Assembly (NCBI GenBank): GCA_050273025.1
Contig: CP158635.1
Span: 32,860,001 to 32,924,000, forward strand
Reading direction: 5' to 3'
DNA length: 64,000 nt
Source of the DNA: Cenococcum geophilum
Lineage: Eukaryota
In this document: piece by piece, positions 28,767 through 43,349 of the stretch
Layout: the number at the start of each line of letters is the position of its first letter
How positions within the stretch are numbered: the first letter of the stretch is position 1
Notes under the pieces: model-generated
Told to the model about the DNA's origin: nothing
Seen by the model: only the letters and a program-made list of their open reading frames with translations
Databases searched by the model: none
Position numbers and translations under genes: made by a program

Positions 28767-29520
28767 TTTTATTTTTTTATTTTTTTTTATATCTATTGTA
28801 TTATACTACGTACAATACTGCGCATGCAGCCTCTGGGCTATAGCGCTATAGTTCTATATATATGAATCCTTTCTAGGCAGCTTAATATATACTAGTAGCT
28901 ATGTCCTAGTAGTTTATAAACCTCTAGACTAGAGGTTTACCGCTCCCTAGTAAAATACTAGGTTACGACAACTATTAGGTAGTATTAAAACAGTAGAAAA
29001 ACGGTAAAAGAAACGGTAAACGAATCCTAACGCCTGCCCCTGTACATTTTATAGTTTATTTCTGTCCTTTTGCTCACTACTGTCTATTTACTAGAAGTCT
29101 AGTAGGAGTTACCTCCTTCTAAAGCTTCTGCTTCCATTAGCCACTTTCTAGTAGCTATTTCTGTTTTACTTAGGAATAGGAAGAGCGCCCTTCTTCCTTT
29201 CTCTGTACAAAAGAGCTTCTCTAGGGAGAGAGAAGAGCTTAGTTGTCTTTGCATTTTTTTTCTCTCTTCCCTATATAGTCTGCATTCTAGTAATAGGTGC
29301 TTAGGAGTCTGTATAGCTCTACGGTCCTTAAAGCATCTACCTTCTTTATCCTTCCCTATTGTTTTAGAGAAGGATTTAAAGAAGCCTTTTCCTAGTTTTA
29401 GTTGATGGAAAGCTGATTGTAACCTTTTAGGATATTTATCCTTAGGGGCTTTAAGAGATAAAGAGTAGTTTCCTCTAGAGATCCTAGTATAGTATTTTCC
29501 TTTATTTTTTTTCTGTTGCC
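28767..29520 (-). mobile_element. 5'-truncated LINE with 12-bp TSD
   Basis: TSD gcctattcttat at 28755-28766 and 29521-29532; A-rich tail at 28767-28790; the ORF-track peptide QLKLGKGFF...CFK...QTPKHLLLEC matches a LINE ORF2 C-terminal zinc-knuckle region. Confidence 0.9.
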
Positions 29521-30799
29521 GCCTATTCTTATACTTATTAATAAATCTAACTATACTATGGACATTTACTATAAACACCTCTATCCTTATAAGCTTTCCC
29601 TTATTAATCTAGGAAGACGCTAGGTTATATATATTAATATCATTCTAATACTTTTAGAGGCTTAATTAAGTTCAGATAACGCTAGCTATTATCTATAGGT
29701 GCTATATATCCTACCTTAGCTACGGGGATATATTTACACGGAAAATAGGTCGGTATACTAGTAGAAAAAGATATAATTGTTCTAATCAATACGCAGGAGC
29801 TAGGTGGACGGTTTTAGAGAATATAAAGAAGCACTAGAGGCGGAGGAAGAATAGATACCAATTAGTACTTGCTTCGCTTTAGCTTATTCTATTACACTCT
29901 ATTCCACTATATTTTATTTTACTTTATTTTAATTTTACATCTTACTCCATTCTATCTCACTCTATAACTATCCTGTTTTCCCTTATATAATATAAAAGAA
30001 GGCACCGTCCTTACTGCAGCTCTTGGCACATATTTTACCTAACTCCTCTTTATAGCCCCTATACAGCCTTAGCGACTTCCCTATATTAGTTTAAGCTACT
30101 ATAAAATGTTAATATATAACACGCCTATAAAGTGCAATTGTAGGTAAAGTTAAATAAACTAAAAGGAGATTTCTAGCTAACTGGAATTTCCTATTATACA
30201 TAGGTTCCTATACTTAAACCTTACTACACCTATACTATATTTATATTACATCTACATTACCAGCTTAGAACTATTACTTAGGCAGCAACAAGTTAGGCTA
30301 AACACTTTATATAAATAAGGTATATCTAGCACTAACTATAAGGTTCTTATTCTAATAGCAATTTACTAGTTACTACACTAGTTTAAAAACTTTAGTTATT
30401 ATCGTCCCGCTAAATATACCACTATTATAATTAATCGTTCTACTATAGTAAATGTAGAGCTAACTCTTATTATATTATGTCCAACTATAGATAGGATAAG
30501 TGCGAGAAAGTAAAAAAGAATGGGTATTATTACTCTAACGCTTCGCTAGCTAAAGGTCTTAATAGTAAAGTATTAGTAATAGGATCATCTAAAAAACCTA
30601 GCGACTGTACTAAATGTCCACCTTAAGAAAGTAATATAAGCACTAAGGAGTAAGTTAGTGGTCTTTACTAATATACATTAAGTAATTTCTAACTCTTTAC
30701 CTAGAGTAGAAGTGGAAATAGAGATAAAGTAGTAAGTACGATGGGAAATAAATATAAATAGTGCAGTAAAGTTAAGCATAAATTCGAATTTTTAGTAAC

Positions 30800-31850
30800 T
30801 AAGAAGTAGTTAGTACTAGGAGCAAAGTTAAAGAATTAAGCTATACCTTCGGATCTTATATCTTAAAGGACTTCGTCCACACTTCCGTAACTCTATTTTT
30901 AATAATTTACAATAACATTCCTAAACGCAGATAGAGGCTCTAGATTTAGGAAGCGTCCCTTAATAAATACTATATAAATTTGTTTATCTAAGAGCCTATT
31001 ATATAGTTTAGAACTAGTTATTATCTTATAAATAGTTAAACCAAAAGTAAAGAGCTTAGTTTTTTTTTAAAATATCTTAGTTAGGAAGCTTATAACTAGT
31101 CTTATAACAAATAAGGGGTAAAAGGTCGTTAATAGCTAACCTAGCAAAATTACCAAGCTTCGTATTAAGCCCTTTATTAAGGAATACATTATTGCAGAAG
31201 ATATTACTATATAGTACATTCCTTAAATAAATAAAACAAACAGCTTTAGTGATTTATTCAGCCTATTAAAGTTTAAGGAAAAGCGGAACTAGTTTCTTCT
31301 ACCTTATAAAGTATTAGCGTATAGATCTATAACTCGCAAACTATAGGATTATAGCATTTTCCATAGCCCTACATAGCCTAAAGTATTAAAGGATCCCATA
31401 GTAATTATGGCCAAGACGTTAGTAAACAAGCTTTTCTCTATCCATTAAGCGCCATTCTAAAGGCTTAGAGAACTTTACAATAGTATTAAGATGTATAACG
31501 AGCGCTATAATACCTATACTAACCACGTCCCTTCCTCCTAAGCTAGGTAAATACTATATAATATTATCCTTTAGTATATAGGTCTTCGAGATTCCACAGA
31601 GATTATTTTAGACGCTTTATACAAAGAATAAAAACGGTTATTAGCGTTAGGGCCGTTAATATAGAGGTCTAAAGTTGGCGTCTAAAGAGGGCTGGATAGG
31701 GCGTTAAGAAGGGAGCCTATAGGGAGTTCTATAGGGAGTTCTAAAGGGAGTTTTAAAGGGAGTTCTAGAGGGAGTTTTAGAGGGCGTTTTAGAGGGAGCG
31801 TTTGACGATGATATCTGGCGGTAGCGACAGCTATATAATGTAAATAGTGC
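30800..31850 (-). pseudogene. Small protein kinase pseudogene
   Basis: VL(H)(G)(D)IFCNNVFL(D)KGLNTKLG(D)FA at about 31141-31220; REKLVY(Q)RLG; 12-bp repeats at 31709-31800 in the putative N-terminus. Ends are approximate. Confidence 0.8.
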
Positions 31851-32559
31851 TAGATATTTAAGCTTCACCCCTAGGCTAGTTAAGGCGGCTTACCTAAAGT
31901 TAACAGCTACTGCGAGTTTATACTTAGAGAGGTAGGCTATTTAGTAAGGAACATCTAAATATAATCTTAGCAATAAATAAAATGAAGATAAATATAGAGA
32001 AATAATATTTCGGTGTACTTCTCCCTATAGGCTTATTAGGTAAAATATATACTAAAAGCTATAGTAAGGACCGTGCGTTAAGAATTTTTAAAGTGCAAAA
32101 ACCGGAAGCCGATTTTGTAAGTAACTATATATAGGATCTAGGTAGAATATCTTAGATTAGGGTAGAGAGAGTATATATACATTAGAACTAATAAAGCTTA
32201 AAGGTATATTAAAGTCTAAAACTTAGCTAAAGTGAGATAAAATGGAGTGAAATAAAATATAGGCTGTAATAAGATAATACAGTCCCTAGGCGTTCTACTA
32301 GCTAATATACAGCCGTGCCCTAACGGTTAAGATCTTCCTTATATACCTATTAGCTGAACTAATCCCTATATAATACGTTATAATATATAGGCGCCAAAAT
32401 TGGAACCTAAATCTATATAAAACTACATTTTACCTATACCTATCTTACTTTATTTAATATTGCATTTTACTTTATTCTAGATCTATTCCTAACTATAGAC
32501 TAATATATAACTTCTAAGGCGGGTTAGTTAACCCCACTAAGTTCCAATGCGGAAATTAA

Positions 32560-33930
32560 TAGATTCCTTATTAAGATCGATAAAAAAGTTAAGTAATTAA
32601 AAATAAATAGTATAATGCGTGGCGATTAAGCACTCTTAAAAAACTCCTATCTTAACTTTATTTAGGGCGAGCCTATTAAGGAGCCTAGCGGCTAAAATGT
32701 AACGAAATAGCAGAAGGCCTAAGCTCGTCGCGTATATACGGATATTTAGGATATAAACGATTACGTCTTTTTTACTATAGTATTAGTTATCCCGCTAACG
32801 GAATATACTAAAATAAGCTTTAATATTATTATAGAGTACCTTACTCGCCTTAAAAACTATAAACCATATTGTCTAAACTTAAGGCCTATAGCTAAAAAGT
32901 TCCTTAAGTTAATAGCCGTAGAATAGGGCTTTACTAGCAGCCGTGGTTACCTTAGTTTTATATAAGCCTTATTTCCTTAAAGTACAAACCCTTCTTTTAT
33001 ATATAACATTATACTAACTAAATTAGCGCGTGTTACGCTCTAACCTATAAAACGTAAGTAAGATAAAGGTATATAAACCTCTATTCCCTATTTAAGGAGA
33101 GAGTATAACTAATTATAGTAGCGTTGCTAAATTAACAAGCTAGACCTAATAGAGAACCTCAGTTAACTAGAGCCTAAGGCCCAGGCTTAGGTGCGTAATA
33201 ATTAATTAGTTATATAATCGGTGCTTAGTATTAACTATTACTAGGGTTAGCCTAAGACTCTTAGTTATTAAAGAGGCATTCTAAAGCTCTAATCCCTTAG
33301 GACGCTTATAGAACGCTTAGTATATAAGTCTTAGGTGCTTATTAATTAGTTGCTTATATATCTTAGAGCAAGATTTATTATAAAAGGAAAGTACGATCTT
33401 ATCTAACAATCCTAAAACCAACGGTTAGACACTTTATTCCCCAAATTTAATATATTAATACTTATTTAAGATAAACGCCTCTTCTAAGAGTCCTCTAAGC
33501 GCTATTATGCCTATATATTACTAAGTTACAGATAAACCATTATTAAAGCGTTCCTGGTTAGAATTATAGCAAACTTTAGGCCTATAAAATAACCTTTAAT
33601 AAGATGTTATATTTATAGTTAATATTAAATAGGATATCCAGTATTACTAGGGGAGGGCTAATACTGTTCTTTCTTATTTATAAGGCGCCATATAATTAAA
33701 AACCTTCTTAAGCTATTTCGCACTAAGATAAAGACAAGCAATTTATAGAGAAAGGAAAAAGAGAAAGGAGGACTAGCGGTTACGAATTACCTATCTATAT
33801 ATATGCCAGAAAAGGATAATAAGGACGCTCTCTTTATACTTAGGATCGGCCACTAAGATAGATAGAATATCTTTAATTTATTCGGTCTAGGGGATCTAGA
33901 TACTTTAGAGTTTTAGAAAAATACTACAGA
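32560..33930 (+). pseudogene. Hypothetical protein pseudogene
   Basis: Protein-like frame with only RIP-type stops (KIDKKVK...ARRVYTDI(Q)D...GYLSF.(Q)ALFP) and putative introns. Family not recognised. Confidence 0.45.
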
Positions 33931-35379
33931 AGAAGCTAGAGATTGACTTTTATCTATAAATAAATGGCATATATCGCTTTGGGTTACTAATTATTACTAC
34001 CTCTTCTTTAACTTAATCTATGCCCTTATTATATAACATTTATACCTAGTAAGAACCTCTCTTATTACTTATCTATTTTCTATACCTAATGCTTTAACCA
34101 ACTTCCCTTCGCCGTCTTTAATATTGCATAATCTACCTTTAAATATTATAGTTATATCCTCCATTATCTCAAATATATAACCTCCAATCTCCTCCTATTC
34201 CCCACTAAGCGCCTTATCCCTAGCCTTAGTAGATATAATCTATATAGCTAAAAATGCGACCGCGTAAGTTGGCGGGACTAGTAGCTATAAAGGAGAGGTG
34301 TTTTGTAGACGTAAAATATTAAGTAAATGCTATTTTTTATAAAGCGTTCTTAATTACGGATAGTTGTCTAAGGAGGAATAGTAGCTAATTTAGGAACTTA
34401 TTTTAGAATAAAAGGCCGTAAAGCATATATGCATTAAAGTATAACTATTATAGAAGATGTAAGTAATTAGGCACATACTGTATAGGATAAAATGGCTAAG
34501 CTAATATTTACCTTAATAGCGAGAATAGGATTTTTAGATAACTATAAAAGGCAGAACGCAAGAAATATAAAAAGAGGTAGATTGTAGGCTTAAACGGAGA
34601 GCGGCTTTATAAAGCTACGCTGCAAATAATTAACGAAGTAGGGTTAAAGGAAATTTATAAGGGAAAATAGAGGTATTACTGCAGCTAATAAGTTTATAGC
34701 TACTTAGAGGTTAATACCCGACAAAAAGGCTATATAAAAGAATTGCTAAGTAGCTACCTCTTAGGCTAAGCTGCGGCTGGATTTACCCTACCCTACTATT
34801 AAAGCTTTCTAGCGCAGAACATTATATATATAATTAGGCCACCAGCCAAATAGTAGAACGGGTAAGGCGTCCGCTATAATGCGCATTTTAGCTGTATATT
34901 GGCCGTAGTCTAGGGGATTAGAGTTACTAAATATATATAGCCCCTTTGCCGACTAAAATATCTCTAAGGATTAGATTCTTATAGCTTATTCTTATTTATA
35001 AGGCAAATTAACTGCAGCTAGTTTATGCGCCTTTATGTTATATATATTACGTAATTTTAATTAGCTAGCCAAGTTGTAAACGTAGTTTTAGCCTTATATT
35101 CTCTATCGTCTATAGCGTTATAAGTAGTAATAAGTAGCTCTTACTTACCGCCCTTAAAAAAATAATACTCTAGCGGACCTTTTTATGCGGCCCTTATATG
35201 ATAGGAAATGCGTTATAAATAGATTAAGCTATAAATAGAATATATAACAAGAAATGTTGACCGCTAACCAGCACTAAAAACACCAGTCCTATTGGCAGCG
35301 CCAATTAGGATAATTTATAGCCTTAAATTCCGGTTAATAAGAAATAGGCTTCTAAGCTAAAAGAAGGGTACTACTACTA

Positions 35380-35902
35380 TTACCGTCTCTTCCGGCTAGC
35401 AGGCCGGCCCCTTTTCTTTTATATAGTAGGCTAGGCCTTTAATTTTAAATAATAATGCGCCTATAGTGATCTAAGACTTCTTTTTAGAAAGTAGTCTTTA
35501 ATCTATTCCTATAAAAGATTCTATTCCTCCTTTAAATTAGTAAGTAGTACGTCTTCCTTTTCCATAAATTTTATTTTAGACTTTAGCTTTTAAGGCTTTA
35601 ATTCTTAGGGCTTTAGCTCTTAAGATTACTTAACTAGGTTAACTAGCAAGTAGAGTTATTAAGGAAGTATATCTAGTATATACGACCCATCTTCTTAGCG
35701 CCTAAAAACTGCTTAGATTAATAATTCTTCTAAATTATTTAAGGCAGCTCCCGGTATTACTTTATTAGAGTTAGAGCTAAAGGCTAAGTTTAATAGTGGG
35801 TTTTAGATACGCAGGTAATTATATATGGGGGGTGTAACCTACTTATAATAATTGCTAGTAAGCGCAGTGTTTCGTTTAGACGTATACGTAAATAAAGCTA
35901 AA
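35380..35902 (-). pseudogene. C-terminal part of Starship terminal gene: Myb/SANT-like domain plus AT-hook
   Basis: F.EKEDVLLTNLKEE(Q)NL(S)(W)E(Q)IKDYF(P)KRSL(G)SL(Q)AHY..KLK at about 35437-35568, then KKRGRPASRKRR-stop. Confidence 0.8.
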
Positions 35903-36312
35903 TATTACGGACGCTTTAAGTACGATATTACGACTACTTGGGGAAAAGTCGAAAGAAGCTAGTTGGTTAATAAGAGCACGGTCTATAATGGAGCCGGTAG
36001 AACTATGTAATAAGGAATAGTAGTACGAGTTATATAATATAATCTGTGTAATCTATATAATCTACGAGATCTATAATAGAGTAGATAGAGCACACGTATA
36101 TTACATATAAGAAGGATTTTTTAGGAGTACGGTTAAGTATTTAAGGACCCTTAGTTCCTTCCTTGTAGTGATTCTCAGAATATAATTAAAGTTAATCTGT
36201 TAGGCAATCACTCCACCAGTTATTATTACGTTGTTGACTTTAATTTATATTATTTATACACCTAGCCTATTAATAGGACCTACTATAGTACCTACTACAA
36301 GGTTCCGTTATA
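35903..36312 (+). repeat. 5' LTR of Gypsy element 2
   Basis: tattacggacgc...ccgttata; direct repeat of 43350-43774. Confidence 0.95.
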
Positions 36313-39300
36313 TAATCACTACCTAGTTATAATATTAAATATAGAAAGTTGAACAATATGCCACTAAAAGCAGCCACTATAACGCCATTAACAGCAGCAA
36401 CTACTTTAAGGTTAGGAGGTGACACTAGTATAGCAGATACTAATTCACAATAACCTGTGACGGTTGGATAATTATAAGAGATAGTTAACCAGTTAATAGA
36501 GGATAATGTAATACTTAAATAAAGGATTAACGGGATAAGGGTAGTAAAGATTAAGTTACCTTTAATTGAGAGATTCTTATGGGAGAGGTTAAAGCTTAAA
36601 GGATTCCTTACGTAAATGCACTTTAAGGTTATGTAAGAAGGAGCTAAACTATTAATACCTATGGATCGAATAATATATGCAGGACTATTCCTGTTAAGAA
36701 GGGCACTTAAGTAATTTAAGCCTTACCTTATAGAAATATAGGTGAATGGAATAATAACTACTAACTAAGAGGTGCGATTTATATTCTTAAGTTAGGAGGG
36801 ATTTATAGAGCGACTTATATAAATATTCGGAGATCTAGAGGCAGTGACTATAGCGGAAAAGAAACTCTAAGATATTATGTAATAAACCTTAGCAATTAAG
36901 TATATAATATAGTTCTAAACGTTAGCTATATAAGTTAAGTGGAATAATAAGGCGCTTATAGTATAGTATAAATAGGGACTTAAGGCTAAAGTCTAGGACG
37001 TAATTATTCTAATAGAAGATGTGGACACCCTAAGGGATTTAATAGATTAAGTAATTAAGATTAATAATAGGATCTTCTAAAGGGAATAGGCTAAGAGAGA
37101 CTAGGATAAAGTTCTATAGTTATATAAGGCGTAGAGTACGTAACGACTAAAGCTAAGTTAGAAACTATAGTATGGCGCAGAGCTAATAGACCTAAGTAGT
37201 ACTAAAGAAACCTATAAGAGATAAAGTAAGAAATTATGGAAACCTAGAGGTTAAGGATTTAGTAATTATAGGACTAAGAAATAAAGGCTAAACCAGGGAT
37301 CTTAGTAGTAGAAGACGTTTAGGCGGACTTTATAGCAAAGTTAGTAGTTTAAAGATAGAGCTTATATAAATTGCGGAAAATAAGGTTACTTTATAAGGGA
37401 TTGCAAAGATAGTTAGAGTTACTATATAATAAAGGGAACTAGACTAATAGAAGACATATACGTATAGAGGGACAATAGTGTACTGCGAGGAACAAAAAAA
37501 TATTTAATTAGAAGTTTCGTGTTTTGTTATAATAACGTATGCCAAATTTATAAAGATGCTAAGTACGGCGTAAGCTATTGGCCGTAAGAGCTAGAGTTAA
37601 AGGGACTTAAAGGAACTATAGAGTTAGATAAAGAATAAGATTAACTCTATAAGCTAGATTAAGATATTACAGCAATATATAGATAGTAATTAGTAATAAT
37701 AACAATGGAGTTAAAGTACTTATTAATTAGTAGTAATAAGGAAGAAAAAGGAACTAACTAGGGGTATTTAAACTTTAATAATGTAATAGAAGTAGAGACT
37801 GAGACTACTACTAAACGGGGCTTAGTAACGGGTATTATAATACTATTAGATACGGCATCCATCGCTTTACGAGACGGAAGGAGTAATATCCTAGGAGGAT
37901 TAAGTAAGTAGATAACTGCTAGTGCTAGCTTACTACTTAATAAAGGCAAAAGGCTAAAGGCTTAAGATTCTTAAGATGAGATAAGAGACGACTAAAATTC
38001 TTAAGATAAGATGAGGTATACCTAAGGACCTATAATAGACGAAAACTAATAAAGTAGGGCAGTGGCTTAGTTTAAAAATATACGAATAAGCTTGGGATAA
38101 GAGTTCCCAATAGCATAAGACTCTTAAGACGAGATAAGAACACTATAGACACCTAGTTAGACTAAGGCAGGAGCTAAGCTTAAGCTAGAAGTAAGCTTAG
38201 GATTAAGAATCTTATAGAACTAAGATTTTAACGTATAAATAAGGACTATTAATAGGGTTAAGAAGTAGGAAAACTTTAAAGATCCCCTTATAAGACGCGA
38301 AAGGAAAGAAACCATAGAGAAATTTAGGGTAAGAATTACCTTATGGCAAGAGCGAAAACTAGATTAGAAAACTAGTACGCTAGGTTATATAAAGGACAAA
38401 GCACCTATATAAAGAGTCACTAATAGGCCTAGAATAGGCATACTAAGAGTATAATAGCTTATTAAACTGGAATAAGAAGAGGATCTAGGGATTTTAACTA
38501 GGTTTAAGAAACGACATATAAAAGGCTATTACGACGTAGTAATAAGAAGATACTTTCTTATAGACGAGCTATATATACTCTAAAGACTATACTAAAAGTG
38601 GTATAGATAACGACATAATAATAAGTGGGAAGACTTTTATATATGGTTAGATAAAAAAGTTATCTAAGACCACCCAATTATAGAAAAGGCTATAACTTAT
38701 ATTAAAGGAGCCTTAATTATAATATTAAAGGATTTAAAGGAGTAATTAGAGGACTGGAGAAGCGAGAGGTAAATTATAGTATCTGCGAATAAAGTTGTAA
38801 CGCTTAGATTAGTGCGATAAAGGTTTAAACTTAGGAGTAAAGACGAGCTAAGAGTTAACCTAAAGCACTAGGTATATTATATATTGGTATAGATTATATA
38901 TATAGATAATATGTGTAATATATATAGAATACCTAAAGATAAGAACTAAAAGTACCTAGTAAGGATATATTAGGCACCGGATAAGGCGAAATATTAAAAC
39001 GCTAAGTATATATATGGTTAGTACCTAGTAGAAGTTTAAGAATAAGGGGACTTAATACTTTAACTAGGAAAATTTCTTACGGAAGAATACCTAGATGGAT
39101 AATAGTAGTGGGAATGTCTAAAGAATATATGTCTATAGTATATTGAAGGCAAAAAGCAAACTAAGTATTGGCCTAAGTTAAACTAAGTATAAACCGGATC
39201 TAGCAGCTAATAATTAGGAAAAGTAGAGGCTTATAGGATTAGAGGGAGCTAGTAGTAAAGCCTTAGACCCTTAAAGGAATTTAAGGACAACACCTAAATT

Positions 39301-42300
39301 TATAAGTAAAGTGGTAAGATTAACAGTTTAAGGTATTAATAGATAGTGGAGTAATAAGGAACTATATCTCGCTAGCAGTAGTTAAAAGAATGGGATTACT
39401 ATATAGGAAAAAGGAGTATTTTTACCTATTAGTGACGATTTTAGGAGATCCAATAGCCTATAGAGGAGGCATTATTAATCTTAAAATAAGACCTATTTAG
39501 TTAACTATTAAAGGAAGATAAGTTAGGATGTCTTTTAATATATTACTATTAGGGAATAATAAGGCAGTACTAGGAATGCCTTAGTTATAGAAATATAATT
39601 TAAAGATCGATTGGGTTACAGGTTAGGTTAATATTAGAGATACTTAATAATATAAGATACAATAATAAGCCAAGCTGGTATAGTACTAAGTTAGAGCAAT
39701 GTATAAAGAAACCGAGAAGGGACTAAGCTATATACTAAAGAAATACCACAAATATAGTAAGAAACTATAGTTACTAGAAAGTAAAAAGCTGTTAAAGTAT
39801 ATAGTATAGGACTATAAGATAGAATTAGAACCAGGAACAAGTCTAAGATTTTTTCTAATTTATAAGCTTATTAAAGAAGAAGGTAGAGCACTAAAAGAGT
39901 TTATCTAAGAAAATCTATAAAAGGGATATATTAGACTATTGCAGTTATTAGCAGGTTATCTAGTACTGTTTATACCAAAGAAAAATGGTAAACTAAGGCT
40001 GTATATTGACTATAGATAGTTAAACAGCATTACTAGAAAGGATAGGTATCCTTTACCCTTAATTAGCGAAATCTAAGACAGAATAGGTAATGCGTAAATC
40101 TTTATAAAGATAGATCTAAGATAGGCGTACTATTAGATTAGAATTAAGGAAGGCGATAAATAGAAAGTAGCCTTTAGGTTAAAGGAAGAACTATATAAAC
40201 TATTAGTTATACAATTTAGGCTTATAAACATGCTAGTAACGTTTTAGAAGCGAATTAACAATATATTAGGAGAACACTTGGATGAATTTGTTATAGCATA
40301 TTTTAATAACATTATTATCTACTTAATAACTAAGGAAGAATATAGAGAATACGTTAAATGGGTCTTAAAGAGACTATAAGAAGAATAGATGCTAGTAGCA
40401 ATTAAGAAATACGAGTTCTTTATACGGAAGACCGATTTTATTAGATTTATTATTAAACTAGGCTAACTTAGCATAGATCTAAAAAAGATTAAGGCTATAG
40501 TAAATTGGTAAGAACTAGAGAATATTATATAGTTGAGATTGTTTCTAGGGTTTTGCAATTACTGCAGAAGGTTTATAGCGCAATAGTTAAAGGATATTAA
40601 GCCATTTACGCGATCAATAAAGAAAGAAGAACTATGGATATAGGGAAAAGAATAATAAGAACTATTTAAAGAAGTTAAGAGGTTGTTTACCTTAGAGCTA
40701 GTTCTTAAAATCTATTAACTAGGACTAGAGACGGTTGTAGAAATAAATATATTAGACTTTATACTAGGAGTATACTTTATATAAAGATATCTAGATAGAT
40801 GGCACCTAGTAGTATACTATAGTTAGAAGATAATACTACTAGAACTAAACTATAACATTTATAACAAGGAGTTATTAGGTATAGTTATAGTACTAAAAAA
40901 ATAGAGAGCATTCTTATAAGGTATAGAGAAACTATTTATAGTTAAGATAGATTATAAGAACTTAATAGGATTTCTAATAATAAAGGAACTTAATTAAAAA
41001 TAGGTTAAATGGGTAAAGATGCTTATAGAATACTATTTTAAGATTTAGTATACTAAGGGTATAAATAACACGCGAGCTAATACGGTAAGTTAAAAAGCTA
41101 AACTATAAAATAATAAAAAGTCATTAGGGGCTTTATTGCGAAAAGACATAGATAGATTAATTAGGTATAATTATCTAAAAATTATAACAACTTATAAGGA
41201 ATTAGAAAGAGTTTATAAGTTACTAAAAAGCTTTTAGGCATAAAGAATTTTCAAGGCATAACTAGAGGAATAGTTAGAGCATCTAGGTAAAGAAATATTA
41301 TATAAGTATAGAGAGGCAAAGTATATCCCAAGAAGTATAGCAGAGCACTTTATAGAGGATTTCTATAAGGGATTAACTTAAGAACACAATGGAGCTACGG
41401 GCTTAGTAATAAGACTCTAAGAGGAGTATATTATTAAGAAAATCTAGGGTTTAGCACGGAAAATTACTAAGAAATATCTAGATTACTAAAGAAATAAACT
41501 AATAAGGTATAAGCTATATAGAGGGCTATAACCTATTAAGATACCAGAGAGGCTATAGGAGGTTATATTATAGGACTTTATTATAAAGTTACTAAAGTTA
41601 AGAGATCCTATTATAGGACAAGATTATAACGCGATCTTAGTAATAGTAGACAAGCTTATAAAGTAGGGATACTTTATAGCATATACAGAAGAAATCTTAG
41701 CAGAAGATATCGCTAAAATCTATATTAAAGAAGTATTTATAAGATATAAAGTACTAAGTAAGATTATATTAGATAGAGATCTAAGATTTATAGCAGTATT
41801 TTAGGAAGTATTCTTAGCGGAGTAAGGAGTTAGAGTAGTAACTTTTACCATATATTATCTGCAGATAGACGGTTAAATAGAAAAATTAAACTAGACACTA
41901 AAGTAGTATCTAAGGCACTATATTAATTACGCATAGAATAATTAGGTATTACTATTACTAATTATATAGTTTGTATATAATATAACACTATAAGAGGGAA
42001 TGGGTACGTTACTATTTAAGGCGAATTACGGATATAAGCTAAGAACGTTATTATCGCCACATTAAGTAAAGAAGATAAGTAGCACAGCTAAGTAAAGAAT
42101 AGAGACTTTAATAAATCTTTATATAGACCTTATAGAATTAGCTAAGGTAGTATAGCAAAGAAAAAAAAATACTATAATGCTAAGAGATCTAAGGGACTAG
42201 ATCTTAAGGAGGGAGATAAAGTGTGGCTACTACACAAAAATTTTAAAAGTTAATAACTAAGTAAGAAGTTGGACTATGTCAGACTAGGACCTTTTAAAAT

Positions 42301-42699
42301 TACGTAAAAAATTTTACTAGTTACGTTTAAGTTAAACCTACTAGCTAAAATAAAAATCTACCTAGTATAGTATATCGCAATGCTAGAGCTAGTATATAGG
42401 AATATTAAGCTATTAGTCTACGAAGTAGATATATATAAAGGGTAAGAAGAGGATAAATAGTAAGTTTTAAAGATTATTAGTTATAAGGACGTAGATAATA
42501 AAATATAGTATAAGGTAAAGTAGATAGGCTATAATAAGACTACCTAGGAACTACTAGAGAACTTAAAAAACGCTATAGGAAAGGTATAGGAGTATTAGAA
42601 GAGAATAGGTTAGGTAATATTAATAAGGAAGGATCGCCAAAGAATAAGTCACCTAAGGGGGACTTAGGAAGAGCGACTGCCAAACTACTTAAAGTTATT

Positions 42700-43242
42700 T
42701 CCTTTATTAGAGGAGAGTTAGTTCTCTTATTACTAAGTTCCTATAAACCTTATTTTATAAGTTTCTACTTCTTAGAATAAACCTTCTTACGAACCTTTTT
42801 AAAACAAATTAAATAAGTAGACGCAGCAAGACGAGAGTTAAAAGCTCGCTATTAAGTATTAGCAGCCTCCTTCTTAGCATTATAAAAATAATAAAGTTCC
42901 ACTAAGGCTACCAAGAGCTTATTATTAAGCTTTATAGCAGCAGATTAAATATAAGACCCTATAATAAATTACTTAGGGAACTTAATAATTATTAAGGGTA
43001 ATAGGACGCGTATACTTAGTGTTAAAGATAGAGTAAACGTTATAAGATAAACGAATATTTGCTTTGGTGCACTTTAAACAAAAAGAGGGTTACTAGGAGA
43101 AAGAACTCGCTAACGTAATATAAGCTAACCCCTCTTTCGCACAATAAGAACATGGAGATGGCATTGTCTTACCTAGCGATAGTATAGCAGCGATGGTATA
43201 AGACCGACGAGCTATAGAAGAAGAAGGAATTACTTTAGGTAT
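42700..43242 (-). pseudogene. Antisense accessory ORF in the Gypsy 3' region, six-Cys cluster (Zn2Cys6-like spacing) plus helical tail
   Basis: MPSPCSYCAKEGLA(C)ITLASSFS..PSFCLKCTKANIRLS(C)NV; homolog at about 50280-50715. Confidence 0.65.
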
Positions 43243-43349
43243 AATAAGCAATAATATTAATCAAATTAATTAGACGGATATTACACCTTTAGTAATAACT
43301 TAGAGATATTAGGAATCTTTAAGGATAAAGATAAAGAGGAGGGAGATAG

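Noticed and set aside
29099..29578. 159-aa ORF as an intact gene
   Set aside because: It is a LINE ORF2 C-terminus; its first 19 or so residues come from flanking DNA beyond the TSD.
29581..29590. Alternative TSD ctatccttat for the truncated LINE
   Set aside because: A longer perfect 12-bp match exists at 29521-29532.
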